This document shows positions 11,641 through 23,481 of a stretch of DNA of 36,437 bases, one piece after another; position 1 is the stretch's first letter, and each line of letters starts with the position of its first letter. The notes beneath the pieces were generated by a model, which saw nothing but the letters and a program-made list of their open reading frames with translations, searched no databases and was not told where the DNA came from. Source of the stretch: Octopus bimaculoides (Eukaryota); the NCBI RefSeq assembly GCF_001194135.2, contig NC_068987.1:87456718-87493154 (forward strand), written 5' to 3'. The translations under genes and the position numbers were made by a program.

Positions 11641-11994
11641 CAAGATGACAGTAATTAATGGATATATAGGTGAAAAGGCATACTTTCAACGATTTCATTG
11701 AAGTACATTAATGAATTACGGTTTGAACATGGCTTCCACCATTAGTGTTGCAAAGTTTGACGCGTTTTGCGAGTCAGGCCAACCTGATGCAGCAAACTTA
11801 TAGTTCTGTCAATTTGAACATATTCATTCATGATGTATTCCTTCAGGTGATTCATATTTGTGATTTTCATTGGGTACATTTCCTTCATAATAGCCGAGAA
11901 AAAGAAGCCTAGGGAACTAATATCTGAGCGAGGAACATATTCCACAAGAATATCTGGGATATAGCCAATGAAACCAGACTTTATGGACACACTG
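11641..11994 (-). mobile_element. Internally deleted mariner-family element carrying a transposase C-terminus
   Basis: EYVPRSDISSLGFFF..MKITNMNHLKEYI (cf. WPPRSPDLxPLDFFLW), then KLCNTNGGSHVQTVIH*. The ends TA-CAAGATGAC and TA-CAGTGTGTCC resemble decayed CAGGGTG-type TIRs. Confidence 0.65.
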
Positions 11995-12178
11995 TAATTC
12001 TATGTTGATGAAATGACGACAGTAGTGAATGATTAATGGTATTTGAATTATACCGGTAAATAAGGGAGACAACTCCAGGTATACTTCGGCTTTATTTGAC
12101 CTCGTCGCTGAAGCACGGGCAGCGTCATGGAAAAGGTGGCGGGAGGATTAGCTTGTTTATGTAATTTAATTGAACAGT

Positions 12179-12340
12179 AGGCGCTGGCGGAGTTGCATGA
12201 TTAAGATGTTTGCTTTACAACCACGTGGTTTCATGTTCAATCCCTCTCTGCGACACCTTGAGCAAGTGTCTTCTATTATAGCCCCGAGCAGAGCAATGTA
12301 TTCAGAGTGGATTTGGCAGGCGTAAACGGTTTGAAACCTA
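12179..12340 (+). mobile_element. SINE family A, 5' half, diverged
   Basis: CAACCACGTGG..CACCTTGAGCAAGTGTCTTCTATTATAGCCCCGAGC..GAGTGGATTTGG. Confidence 0.7.
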
Positions 12341-12343
12341 GCC

Positions 12344-12353
12344 GCGCGCGCGC

Positions 12354-12412
<59 letters not shown>

Positions 12413-12414
12413 TG
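12344..12414. repeat. (CG)n/(TGCG)n alternating purine-pyrimidine tract running into a gap
   Basis: Directly visible. Confidence 0.95.
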
Positions 12415-13333
12415 NNNNNNNNNNNNNNNNNNNNNNNNNNNNNNNNNNNNNNNNNNNNNNNNNNNNNNNNNNNNNNNNNNNNNNNNNNNNNNNNNNNNNN
12501 NNNNNNNNNNNNNNNNNNNNNNNNNNNNNNNNNNNNNNNNNNNNNNNNNNNNNNNNNNNNNNNNNNNNNNNNNNNNNNNNNNNNNNNNNNNNNNNNNNNN
12601 NNNNNNNNNNNNNNNNNNNNNNNNNNNNNNNNNNNNNNNNNNNNNNNNNNNNNNNNNNNNNNNNNNNNNNNNNNNNNNNNNNNNNNNNNNNNNNNNNNNN
12701 NNNNNNNNNNNNNNNNNNNNNNNNNNNNNNNNNNNNNNNNNNNNNNNNNNNNNNNNNNNNNNNNNNNNNNNNNNNNNNNNNNNNNNNNNNNNNNNNNNNN
12801 NNNNNNNNNNNNNNNNNNNNNNNNNNNNNNNNNNNNNNNNNNNNNNNNNNNNNNNNNNNNNNNNNNNNNNNNNNNNNNNNNNNNNNNNNNNNNNNNNNNN
12901 NNNNNNNNNNNNNNNNNNNNNNNNNNNNNNNNNNNNNNNNNNNNNNNNNNNNNNNNNNNNNNNNNNNNNNNNNNNNNNNNNNNNNNNNNNNNNNNNNNNN
13001 NNNNNNNNNNNNNNNNNNNNNNNNNNNNNNNNNNNNNNNNNNNNNNNNNNNNNNNNGGGGTTTTTGTATGATTGTGTATAGAGGAATATATTATTTTGCT
13101 TAAAAGAGTTCCAACACTGTCTGTTTTTTATGTTTTATTTATATTCCTGCAGAACTAATGTGGGGTATAGAATATGGAATATACAATATATAATATGATA
13201 TACAATATACAATATAAAATAAAATAAAATAAAAATGGATGGCACCATGAAAGAAAGTATTGAATGTAGATGAAATATTGAGTGTTCAATATAAAGGATC
13301 AAATATATAAATATATAAATATAAATATATAAA

Positions 13334-13373
13334 GGCGACTCGAGTTTCAGGGCTATTTCCCTTCGTCATGGCC
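13334..13373 (-). ncRNA. Penelope-type hammerhead ribozyme motif with a 1-nt core insertion
   Basis: Minus strand reads GGC-C(A)TGACGA-AGGG-AAATAG-CCCT-GAAA-CTCGAG-TC-GCC. Stem III is palindromic (ACTCGAGT). Confidence 0.55.
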
Positions 13374-13449
13374 GGTATGACAGGCAGATAAAGAAAATTA
13401 AGCGTAAGGCGTGGTAGTGTTGGGGTTCCCATCTTACTCGAATTAAAAC

Positions 13450-13945
13450 TCGACATTTTCCAAGTTTTCTTGAACGTTTAGCATGACAGATTATCGCAGG
13501 AATTTAAAATGAATGGGGTCAGTCAGAGTATCGTTAAAAATGGAATGGTGCAATTACTTACGTTGATGATAACTCGCATCATCCTGTAACCCATGGTAAA
13601 TTAATATGACCTTCATTAACATGCGGTTTCTCAGATCCCAAACACGTTCGTGAGTGTGCGTATTCTCTCGCAGATCGCCACTCTTCGATCCAGAGAATGG
13701 ACCATTCTTGGAATATAATTTTTCCAATGCCAACTCTTCAAAACCCAAGCTTGATTTTGAAATTCTTATCTCGTCTCTCGTTTATTGCGTGGATGCTTTC
13801 GAAATCTGGCAATAGGTTTCTAGAACTCCCTTTTGCTTTGTGGGGTTCGTCGATGTCACCTGTCTCCTGAACCATTTCTTATAGAAATTCTGATCGGTTC
13901 CATCTGCTTCAAACTTATTTCTAATTCGAGTGATAAGTCGTATAG
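13450..13945 (-). mobile_element. Degraded mariner-family (DD37D/DD41D-like) transposase, N-terminal to middle
   Basis: ITRIRNKFEADGT..TSTNPTKQKGVLETY..ISKSS..LGSEKPHV..HINLPWVTG*CELSS..IAPFHF corresponds to the HTH plus the WGSENPH..NLPGVTVWCGLS..GPFFF block. Confidence 0.65.
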
Positions 13946-14242
13946 ATGAATCTGTTTAAAACTCACTCGTAAACTATCTTTACTTTTTTAAATATCAGCT
14001 AGCACTTTAGAAAAAATTCCTTTCATTCAGAGCTTAGTCTGGCTACCTTTCTAATGGCTTAAATCTAAAAAGCAATGTTAGTTATCGTCTGTTAAATTAT
14101 AGATTCATTTTGGGGGACACCTTGTATATTGTTATATTGTTCTTATCATCGACTGCTACTCTGTTGCTTTATGTCTCTTGTCGGAGAAGGTTGCGTCTCC
14201 TTGTATCTTTATCTTCCTCTCTGGCTTATCTGTGTGTATGTG

Positions 14243-14346
<104 letters not shown>

Positions 14347-14775
14347 GCCTTGAGCTAGTCATTTCATCTACCATTACTAGTTTCCTAACACATGATATTG
14401 CACGAAAGAAAATCACAAGCAAAAATCTAGTCATTACACTTGTGGTTTACTTTCTATAAACCTGGTTGATAATGGTGAAGCTAATTTAAATTCTGTTAAT
14501 GAAGTGATATTATTCATTACAAATATGCTGGAGAGTCTCACATATGTAACACACAGTGAGGTGATAACATTGATTAAGTAAGATTAACCATGTAATTAGT
14601 ACAATACAAATTTGATTCTAGTGAAATGATCTGCGTACTTTTCCTTTTCAAACGATGAACACTTCACTACAGTCACGCCCGCAACCCACACAGGCAAACA
14701 TGTATCGAAATATATATATGTATTTTTTCTATGGTGTATCCGTATGTATACATACATACATACACACACACACAG

Positions 14776-14826
<51 letters not shown>

Positions 14827-14830
<4 letters not shown>

Positions 14831-15110
14831 GTCTGGTCAATAAGTATCCGAACTGCTGCCACAGAAACGAAACTAAAGCAAGCAGAATGAAGCCGCTTGG
14901 CAAAGATTGACTTTGAACTCTGCTGTGCATGCGCACTAAGTTTTAACTTTATAGCTCACTTCCACTGTTTACAGCAGTGCTTGGAAGGAAGGTGTGTAGC
15001 GTGTGATCGTCGTATTGCCCATGACAGAGAAAGCCGAGCAGAGAATCTGCATCAAATCTTGCAAAAAGCTTGATGATACCAACCCAGAGACCTACGCAAA
15101 TTTTCAAAAT
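14827..15110 (+). mobile_element. Mariner 5' end: TIR, leader and transposase N-terminus
   Basis: The TIR-like CGCGGTCTGGTCAATAAGTATCCGAAC follows (TA)n. The ATG at 15021 gives MTEKAEQRICIKSCKKL (cf. EQRICIKFC). Confidence 0.75.
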
Positions 15111-15400
15111 GTTTTCATCGTTCTTAACACAATCAAGGAAGTCTTGTGGAACTGAAACCCGAGTGCCATTTTGGTCAGCTGAAAGCAGTTTTGGTATAAA
15201 CTTGGCAGACATGCGTCTCATACCCAAATCTTCAGTGATAATGGATTGAACGGAACCGTAAGTAATCTGCACATCCTCTGATAACTCACGAGTGGTGACA
15301 CTCCCTCAAATGATTATATAAAACTTTTCTTAGCGCTGCAAGAATTTTTCTTCTTGTCACTCCACCTAGTTTGATGTCATTCTTGAGAATTGAAGGTCTG
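15105..15400 (-). mobile_element. Mariner transposase second HTH region, inverted relative to its 5' end
   Basis: RELSEDVQITYGSVQSIITEDLGMRRMSAKFIPKLLSADQ..DFLDCVKNDEN, a classic mariner motif. Confidence 0.8.
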
Positions 15401-16890
15401 ACCACGGTGGTGCAGAAGTCTAAAAGAGCTGCGAAGACCAGGTTTTTACATTAGTATGATCTCCTACGTGTATTGTCTTACAGAGTAAACGAACATATAT
15501 AAATATATAGACACACATACACACGCACACACACACGTACACACACACATATTCTGTTACTTGTTATATATATACGTACGTAATTATGCATATACATATG
15601 TACGTATATACATATGTACGCATATACATAGATACGTACGTACGTTTATACATATGTACATATATACGCGAAGGCTACGTGAATATATGTTTGTAATATA
15701 TGTATGTATGTATGTATGCTCTATGTATATATATCGGTAAGTATGCGGGTAGATATGTAAGTATACATACATATACATACACACATATTTGTGAGTAGAA
15801 GTATGAACAAAGTAAATAGACTTCGATGTCTAGAAGCATAAATACTTTTATATTTTTATTAAAGTTGGCTCCTGTTCTGCTACTCTAACTTTCTTACTGT
15901 GGGCGGGTTACGTGTAGGTTTGAGGGAAGATTAAATCACCCCCTCTCTCAAACTCACTAACCAATCTCACTCACTCTCTCTGTTTCTGTGTCTCTTCTCT
16001 CGTTTTAATTAGCTATCTCAGTGCAGCTTTATTAACTAACAGATGAAATGGCGTCATATACAATTTTGAAGGTTAATGGCAATATTCCAACCACTACACC
16101 TGCGATCTAGTTTTTGTTAACTTTAAAATTCTGGTCACTAATGACGGAGATAGTTTTTATTCTGCAAATGGAATAATATCACTCAATAGAAATTTCGTAT
16201 AAGCTCACGCTTGTAATATACAGTGAGCTGAAAAATTTGAGTACATGAAAGTATCCATGCATTTGTAAATAAAAACTTCCTCGAGGTGTATTTAACATAT
16301 AAGAATATAAACCAAAGGAGATAACTTCAATAAAATTAATATACTTTCATTTGGAAAAGTATAGAAAATACAGTATGGGAGCGCATCTGGACTCTGAAGT
16401 CAATTGTTGAAAGTAATTGACGGTTTCGGTTTTATTTTACCTCTTCAGTGAAGTATATTCTATTCAGTTGAATGGACACAGCAGTAGTCAGTGTACGTAA
16501 GAAAATAGAGGGAATGTAGAGAGAATGATTAAGATCAGCAACACAGTGGCGGTGACTAAATAGGCTTTACGGTCATTCAGCTTATTAAATTCAATGAGGA
16601 TTGAGTATCACATTCGTTGTACAGCTAAAAAAAAAAAAATTGGGGAATAATTGTGAGATGAGTACTGGGTATTTGTGAAAAAACGCAATGTGTAGTGAAC
16701 AGTAGATGAGCACCAAATATAAGGGAAAAAAGAGTATGTGAGGTAAACAGAAGAGAGAGAAAGAGTCACGGTCATTCGTAGTGGTAGCAATGGTACAATA
16801 GAATGAGCTTAATTAGAGGGAACGAATGAGTGATGAGTAACAAGGGAAAAAGGTTGAAAATGTAGAAAATGTTGGACGGGAGTGAACATA

Positions 16891-17288
16891 GGCTTAGGTA
16901 TAGCTGTGTGGTAAGAAGTTTGCTTCCCAGCCACACGATTCCGGGTTCAATCCCACTGCGTGGGACCTTGAGCAAGTGACTTCTCTGGCCACGGGTCGAC
17001 CAAAACCTTGTGAGTGGATTTGGTAGATGAAAACTGAAAGAAGCCTGTCGTATATAAATGTATAAATATATCTGAGTGTGAGTGTCTTTGTATCTCTTCG
17101 TCTCCCAGCACCGCTTGACAACCGGTGTTGGCGTGTTTACGTCCCCGTAACTTAGCGTTCCGGCAGAAAAAGAGACTGATAAAATGAGTACCTGTCTTGA
17201 AAAAAGATAAGTACTGGGGTCACTTCGTTCGACTGAAATTCTTCTCGGCGTTGCTCCAGCATGGCCACAGTCAATGACTGAAACAAGT
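16891..17288 (+). mobile_element. SINE family A, full length
   Basis: Same head, middle and tail blocks as 9659-10070. Confidence 0.88.
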
Positions 17289-17907
17289 GCAGTTTAAAAG
17301 GTATTCTTCTTCAATGTCATCAAAGTGTCTCTGCTTCTCTATTGATTCCTGTTTGTCTTGCCAACTGGAAAACAATTTGTTTCTTTGAAGTGGAAATATA
17401 TTTAAACATGTCCGCTACATTTATCAGTTAGCATATTGACCAGATATTCATAATTCATTTCCTACATTTTCCCAAGTTTCAATGAGGAGTTAAAAAAAAA
17501 AAAATTTCTGCTTTATTCCACCCCGGAGGAATATCTTGTCTTTTAACTGTGTAGATACTCTCAGTGAATCGAAGTCATACAGTTTACTATATTACACAGA
17601 TAAGATGTACCGCTTTTGTATTTCACATGCAGATCCTCGCCTCGAAGTATTTTTCAGCCATTTGTAGTTATTATTTCTTATCTCCAGCTTAGGTGTTATT
17701 AAATAGATACTGGCAGAAAGAAATGTCAGTTTTAATCAAACAAACCGCAGGGCTTAAGTTTATTGATAAACTTGCAGTATTTTCTTACTAAATCACAGTA
17801 CATAACCATCACACAACATACTTCGCACGTAACTGATAGTTGGTCAGTAATCATGGAAAAAGATAGAGTAAGGTTACAATTATACTTCCGTAATTAACAA
17901 TTATATA

Positions 17908-18069
17908 GGCGCAGGAGTGGCTGTGTGGTAAGAAGCTTGCTTCCCAACCACATGGTTCTGGGTTTAGTCCCCCTGCGCGGCAATTTGGGCAAGTGTCTTC
18001 TGCTATAGCCTCGAGCCGACCAAAATCTTGCGAGTGGATTTGGTAGACGAAAACTGAAACAAGCCCCTC

Positions 18070-18117
<48 letters not shown>

Positions 18118-18328
18118 GTGTATGTGTATTTGTGTGTCTGTGTTGCTCCACCCGCACCGTCACTTAACAACTGATGTTGGTGCGTTTACGTCCCCGTAAC
18201 TTAGCGGTTGGGCAAAAACAGATCCTATAGAATAATTACTAGGTTTACAAAGATTAAGTCTTGCGGTCAATGTGTTCGACTAAAAGGCGATGCTCCAGCG
18301 TGGCCGCAGTCAAATGACTGAAACAAAT
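17908..18328 (+). mobile_element. SINE family A, full length, with internal (TA)n
   Basis: GGCGCAGGAGTGGCTGTGTGGTAAG...GTCAAATGACTGAAAC. Confidence 0.9.
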
Positions 18329-18572
18329 AGTGAAAAAAGAAAAATGCAATACTTATCTTTACATGTTCCCATTTTGTTGTTTAGCAAATATACGAGCAGG
18401 TGTATATTCTCTGTACTAACTTCTCTTTCCGTTGTGTGTGGGTTTTCCTACAGCAGAAAGCATCATTTCAAATAAACTTAAGCGACCAACGAAACATTCG
18501 ACGCTAATGATTCCATACCACGCAGAACAAAAATATGTTCCAGATTATCATCATTATTATTATGAAGGTCGC

Positions 18573-18663
18573 TTAGCACGCCGGGCGAATGCTTAGCGGT
18601 ATTTCGTCTGTCTTAACGTTCTGAGTTCAAATTCCGCCGAGGTCGACTTTGCCTTTCATCCTT
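18573..18663 (+). mobile_element. SINE family B fragment
   Basis: TTAGCACGCCGGGCGAATGCTTAGCGGTATTTCGTCTG..TTCTGAGTTCAAATTCCGCCGAGGTCGACTTTGCC. Confidence 0.85.
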
Positions 18664-19075
18664 GTATTGAGTTGTATTGCACGTCTTTTTATTTTAAATG
18701 ATGCAATAGGTATTTGTAGCAATGGTACAAGACAACAGACCACTTGAGTGCTATCCCATTTTATCTCCCTACGGAGATGAAGAACAGAATCAGACGCAGT
18801 GGAACTTGAAGTATCACCGAAACACAAAGAACCTAATTCTGTACATCTCCTTGCACAGTACCGAATGTTAAAATATTGATTCTTTGTTTCACGATGAGAC
18901 AAGAAGAGGAAAAAACGTGCAAATAAAAGAATTGGGTCATTTGATGTTTATGCACTTCCCAAGGTTATTTAACCGCAGTTCGCCGAAAGCTACCTTGACT
19001 TATTTAGGTGTTTGCTGCTAGGTTTCACAAATAAAAACATCAACTAAGTCTTCTTAACAAATAAATACAATCATG

Positions 19076-19114
<39 letters not shown>

Positions 19115-19174
19115 CTAAACACTTATACAAAAAAAATATTTAATGACAATTAAAAGCTGTACTGAAAATGTGAA

Positions 19175-19310
19175 GGTGCCTGGCCTTGCGTTCAGGCTGT
19201 TGTCCTCACGGACATAAGATTGGATTGGAATCCTGGGCCGTGTAGTGTGTTGTGTTCTTAAGCAAAGCACCTCATTTCGAGACGCGCTGCAGTCCACTCA
19301 GCTGTGAATT
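19175..19310 (+). mobile_element. Diverged SINE (possibly a further family)
   Basis: B-box-like GGAATCCTGGGCC followed by GTGTTGTGTTCTTAAGCAAAGCAC..CAGTCCACTCAGCTG. Confidence 0.45.
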
Positions 19311-20005
19311 CCACTAATTGCTGGTAGGAGTTTTGTAATATCAATCACTTATAGCAGATTCGAAACCGAATCGCTGCGTGGCCGAGTACACTTCACAACC
19401 AAGCCAAAATAGCTTCATGTGATCGGCCGATTAACCGACCAGTCAGCATGAAGCCATCGCGTGGTTTAACTTTCTAGAACTTTCTCATTGAACCCTATAG
19501 AAAGGTGGGTTTTTTTGTGGTAACCCCAGAACGTTAAGACCACCGCTCAACGAATCTATTTTCATTCCATCACCAGCCATTGGCAGACAGAAGGCACAGG
19601 TTTTGTTGCCATGGATATAGTGCGATTATTTTCCAGTTGTGATGGGCCAGCCACAGATTGATACGTACCAGTTTGTTGTAGATCCTGGTAATATGTCTCT
19701 CATTGTGTGCAATTGTCGCTGTTGTTTTTCATCAAAACACCATATGCTGTGTATTAAGCTTCTGTTAATTGTTTGTGAGTATTGTTAATTACTTCTACAC
19801 GCAGCCCTAGAAATTGTTTTGTTCGCCAGCAGTTATCGCGGTTAGCACAAAGACAACAACACCCACAACACACTTATACGCCATGGAGATTGGATTGAGT
19901 TCCAGCCGAATGAATTCCAGGGCTCAACTGACGCAAATCTCTAGACCTGCTATTGAAAATATTACAAAACGTACCTCATTTATCTTGTACATATGAAACC
20001 ATGGT

Positions 20006-20388
20006 GGAGGCACAATGGCCCAGTGGTTAGGGCAGCGGACTTGCGGTCATAGGATCGCGGCTTCGATTCCTAGACCGGGTGTTGTGAGTGTTTATTGAGC
20101 GAAAACACCTAAAGCTCCACGAGGCTCCAGCAGGGGATGGTGGCGAACCCTGCTGTACTCTTTCACCACAACTTTCTCTCACTCTTACTTCCTGCCTCTG
20201 TTGTACCTGTATTTCAAAGGGTCAGCCTTGTCACACTGTGTCACGCTGAATATCCCCGAGAACTACGTTAAGGGTATACGTGTCTGTGGAGTGCTCAGCC
20301 ACTTGCACGTTAATTTCACGAGCAGGTTGTTCCGTTGATCGGATCAACTGGAACCCTCGACGTCGTAAGCGACGGAGTGCCAACAACA
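20006..20388 (+). mobile_element. tRNA-derived SINE, family C, full length
   Basis: A-box TGGCCCAGTGGTTAG, B-box GCTTCGATTCC, non-tRNA body and (CAA) tail. An inverted twin lies at 23482-23870. Confidence 0.9.
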
Positions 20389-20883
20389 TTCCAGTTTAGA
20401 ATTCGTACGACAAATATATGGCGTTTATTTAATGTCTACATACTCTTGCAGATGATTATTGTAAAACAGTTCAACTGCAACAACTTCAAAGAAAATGGAC
20501 ATTTGTACTGTATTCCAAATTCGCTCTGTTCTTTTTTGAATCACTTGCAACGATTTAGATTTCAGGATCGATATCAATAAGTCTGCATCTCCGGAGCATT
20601 TTGATGGCTTGCCTAAACGACAGCTTTTATTAGTTGCGACATTTTGGCATATAATACAGTTTTTAGTTTCAATATAATAATATAGAAACTAAAATCTATA
20701 AAGTCCAGACCAAAAAAGCTGATTTGACTAAATTTCCTTGTGTGTGTGTGTGTTTGGTAGCGGCATAAATAACCAGAAGATTCTGCCTTTTGTCTCATAC
20801 AACCGATATGTTGTGAAATCCACATTAGAAAATTTCTCTGATTGCCTGTAACTTCAAATTTACATTATTATATTGTGCTGCCA

Positions 20884-21062
20884 GGTAGCGAGCTGATGGA
20901 ATCGGTAGCATGCCGGGCAGCTCTGGACATTCTGAGTTCAAATTCAATCGTAGTCGATCGACTCAGTCTTTTAAACTTTCGGTTCGATAAATGAACAATA
21001 GAGAATTGGGCATATAGTTGACTAACACCCACCAAAAATCTCTGGTCTTGTACAAAAATTGA
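20884..21062 (+). mobile_element. SINE family B, highly diverged
   Basis: GCGAGCTG..GAATCGGTAGCATGCCGGGC..TTCTGAGTTCAAATTC. Confidence 0.55.
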
Positions 21063-21578
21063 TATATATATATATATTTCGAACAACTTGTTTCTTTATT
21101 GCAAACGCGGGGCCAACATAGAAAGGACAATACAGCCTGATTTAAGGTTAGACACACAAAATGAGATTAAAAAATTTACAACGAAATCGAATGAAAAATC
21201 GGATGGTAACACAAATCACAAGACAAATTGACAAACATGAAATGAGGCAGAAGATACATGAAGGATATTAAGTTTAATTTAGCATGCGAGTTTACATGTT
21301 TACATGCTTCCAAATACGAAACCTTTCACTAAATGTTATTCCAGATTAGCATCGTAGAACGGCATCTTGTAGTTTTACTCTAGACTTCGAGTTATTTTTT
21401 GCTAAGCATTTTCTAAAGCGTTATCGCTGGGTTGAACTCATTAGCAGCATTTTTAGTGTTAGAAGAAAGTCTTTTCGTTTTATCTTTTGCCTCGCTTCCC
21501 ATCAATTCAGATCCGCTCGATTTAGTTTAAAACATGTACTTGGCTACGTTTTACGAGACAGAAAAAAATAGTTAATCA

Positions 21579-21740
21579 AGAGTGGCTGTGTGGTAAGTAG
21601 CTTGCTTACCAACCACATGGTTCCGGGTTCAGTCCCACTGCGTGGCACTTTGGGCAAGTGTCTTCTACTATACCCTCAGGCCGACCAAAGCCATGTGAGT
21701 GGATTTGGTAGACAGAAACTGAAAGAAGCCTATCGTCTAT
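21579..21740 (+). mobile_element. SINE family A, 5' half
   Basis: Near-consensus head GAGTGGCTGTGTGGTAAGTAGCTTGCTTACCAACCACATGGTTCCGGGTTCAG. Confidence 0.9.
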
Positions 21741-21753
21741 ATATATATATATA

Positions 21754-21872
21754 ACTCTTTTACTTGTTTCAGTCATTTGACTGTGGCCATGCTGGAGCAC
21801 CGCCTTTAGTCGAACTAATCGACTCCAGGACTTATTCTTTGTAAGCCTAGCACTTATTCTATCGGTCTTCTT
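21754..21872 (-). mobile_element. SINE family A, 3' half, inverted, ending at a gap
   Basis: CTCTTTTACTTGTTTCAGTCATTTGACTGTGGCCATGCTGGAGCACC is the reverse complement of the family A tail. Confidence 0.88.
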
Positions 21873-22244
21873 NNNNNNNNNNNNNNNNNNNNNNNNNNNN
21901 NNNNNNNNNNNNNNNNNNNNNNNNNNNNNNNNNNNNNNNNNNNNNNNNNNNNNNNNNNNNNNNNNNNNNNNNNNNNNNNNNNNNNNNNNNNNNNNNNNNN
22001 NNNNNNNNNNNNNNNNNNNNNNNNNNNNNNNNNNNNNNNNNNNNNNNNNNNNNNNNNNNNNNNNNNNNNNNNNNNNNNNNNNNNNNNNNNNNNNNNNNNN
22101 NNNNNNNNNNNNNNNNNNNNNNNNNNNNNNNNNNNNNNNNNNNNNNNNNNNNNNNNNNNNNNNNNNNNNNNNNNNNNNNNNNNNNNNNNNNNNNNNNNNN
22201 NNNNNNNNNNNNNNNNNNNNNNNNNNNNNNNNNNNNNNNNNNNN

Positions 22245-22476
22245 GTGTGTGTGTGTGTGTGTGTGTGTGTATGTCTGTGTTTGTCCCCCAACGTCGCTTG
22301 ACAACCGATACTGGTGTGTTTACGTCCCCGTAACTTAGCGGTTCGGCAAAAGAGACCGATAGAATAAGTACTAGGCTTTCAAAGAATAAGCTCTGGGGTA
22401 GATTTGCTCGACAGAAGGCGGTGCTCCAGCATGGCCGCAGTCAAATGACTGAAACAAATAAAAGAATAAAAGAATA
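22245..22476 (+). mobile_element. SINE family A, 3' half
   Basis: (GT)n, then TTGTCCCC..GGTGCTCCAGCATGGCCGCAGTCAAATGACTGAAAC. Confidence 0.9.
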
Positions 22477-22544
22477 TTAGCATTTACTATATTTGAAAAG
22501 TTTGTATTTAATGTTGGAGAGGAAACCGAAATAAAATACGCTGC

Positions 22545-22899
22545 TAGACGGAGATAGAAGAAGGAGAGAGAGAGACAGAGACAGAGAGAGGTGGTGAGAG
22601 AGAAAGACAGGGGGAGAATGGAGTGAGAGAGGGAGACAGAGAGGTAGACAGAGAGAGAGAGAGAGAGTGAGAGAGAGAGAGAGGAAGAAAGAGGTAGAAA
22701 GAAGACAGAGACAGAGGTGAAGAGAGGAGAGAGAGAGAGGGAGCGAAGGTGAGGGTGGAAATAGATAGGGAAATGGAGAAAGAAACGAGAGAAACAGGTA
22801 GAGGGAGAAAGAGATAAAGAAAGAAAGATGTATAGATAGAAAGATAGATAGACAGACAGACAGATAGATAGATAGACAGACAGACAGATAGATAGATAC

Positions 22900-22930
<31 letters not shown>

Positions 22931-22950
22931 CAGAGAGAGGGACAGAGACA
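22545..22950 (+). repeat. Purine-rich low-complexity tract: (GA)n grading into (GATA/GACA)n
   Basis: Directly visible; source of the SLSL/YLSI pseudo-ORFs. Confidence 0.93.
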
Positions 22951-23245
22951 TCGTTGAAACATCAATTCCGATGCCTTTTAACAAAAAGTAATTACATTGT
23001 GTACGAGAAAACGAGAAAAGACGTGAAATCGACATAAAATATGGTAAATAGCTATTATTTGCAGTGACCTTTTCTCTCAAGAAAGTAGCTAAAACCTGTT
23101 TTCTCGGTTATAAAGAAATACAGAAGTGTTACTGTGGTAACTGGAAACTCGAGAAAAAAAGCCAAGCAGGGAAGCTTGGTTTATGAAGTTATTAGACAAA
23201 AATAACATCTATGCATCATTGCTTCCTAGAGGATTATATACGTAT

Positions 23246-23257
<12 letters not shown>

Positions 23258-23319
<62 letters not shown>

Positions 23320-23343
23320 TTATTTATATATATGTAGATATGT

Positions 23344-23386
<43 letters not shown>

Positions 23387-23390
23387 TATG
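23258..23390. repeat. (TA)n compound microsatellite
   Basis: Directly visible. Confidence 0.93.
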
Positions 23391-23481
23391 GTGGAATTCA
23401 TGTATATTTGTTTACGAATGTATAGCGTCAGGTCAATAACCATTAAAAAGAACATCGCAAAAAACAAAGCAGTTTGACAAA

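Noticed and set aside
12075-12115. Hammerhead-like motif on the minus strand
   Set aside because: It has at least three core mismatches (GCGACGA, GAAG) and is indistinguishable from chance.
12307-13103. ORFs longer than 240 aa
   Set aside because: Artefacts of the 643-N gap. The same applies to ORFs over 21873-22244 and 33706-33868.
18627-18902. 91-aa minus-strand ORF as an exon
   Set aside because: It ends in a SINE and has no recognisable domain.
19380-19980. Possible exon or TE-coding stretch
   Set aside because: The frames I translated by hand gave no recognisable motif and frequent stops.
20006-20080. Genuine tRNA gene
   Set aside because: The tRNA-like head runs into a 300-bp repeat body present in multiple copies, so it is a SINE.
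22371-23080. Three 162-178-aa minus-strand ORFs
   Set aside because: They come from the GA/GATA low-complexity tract.
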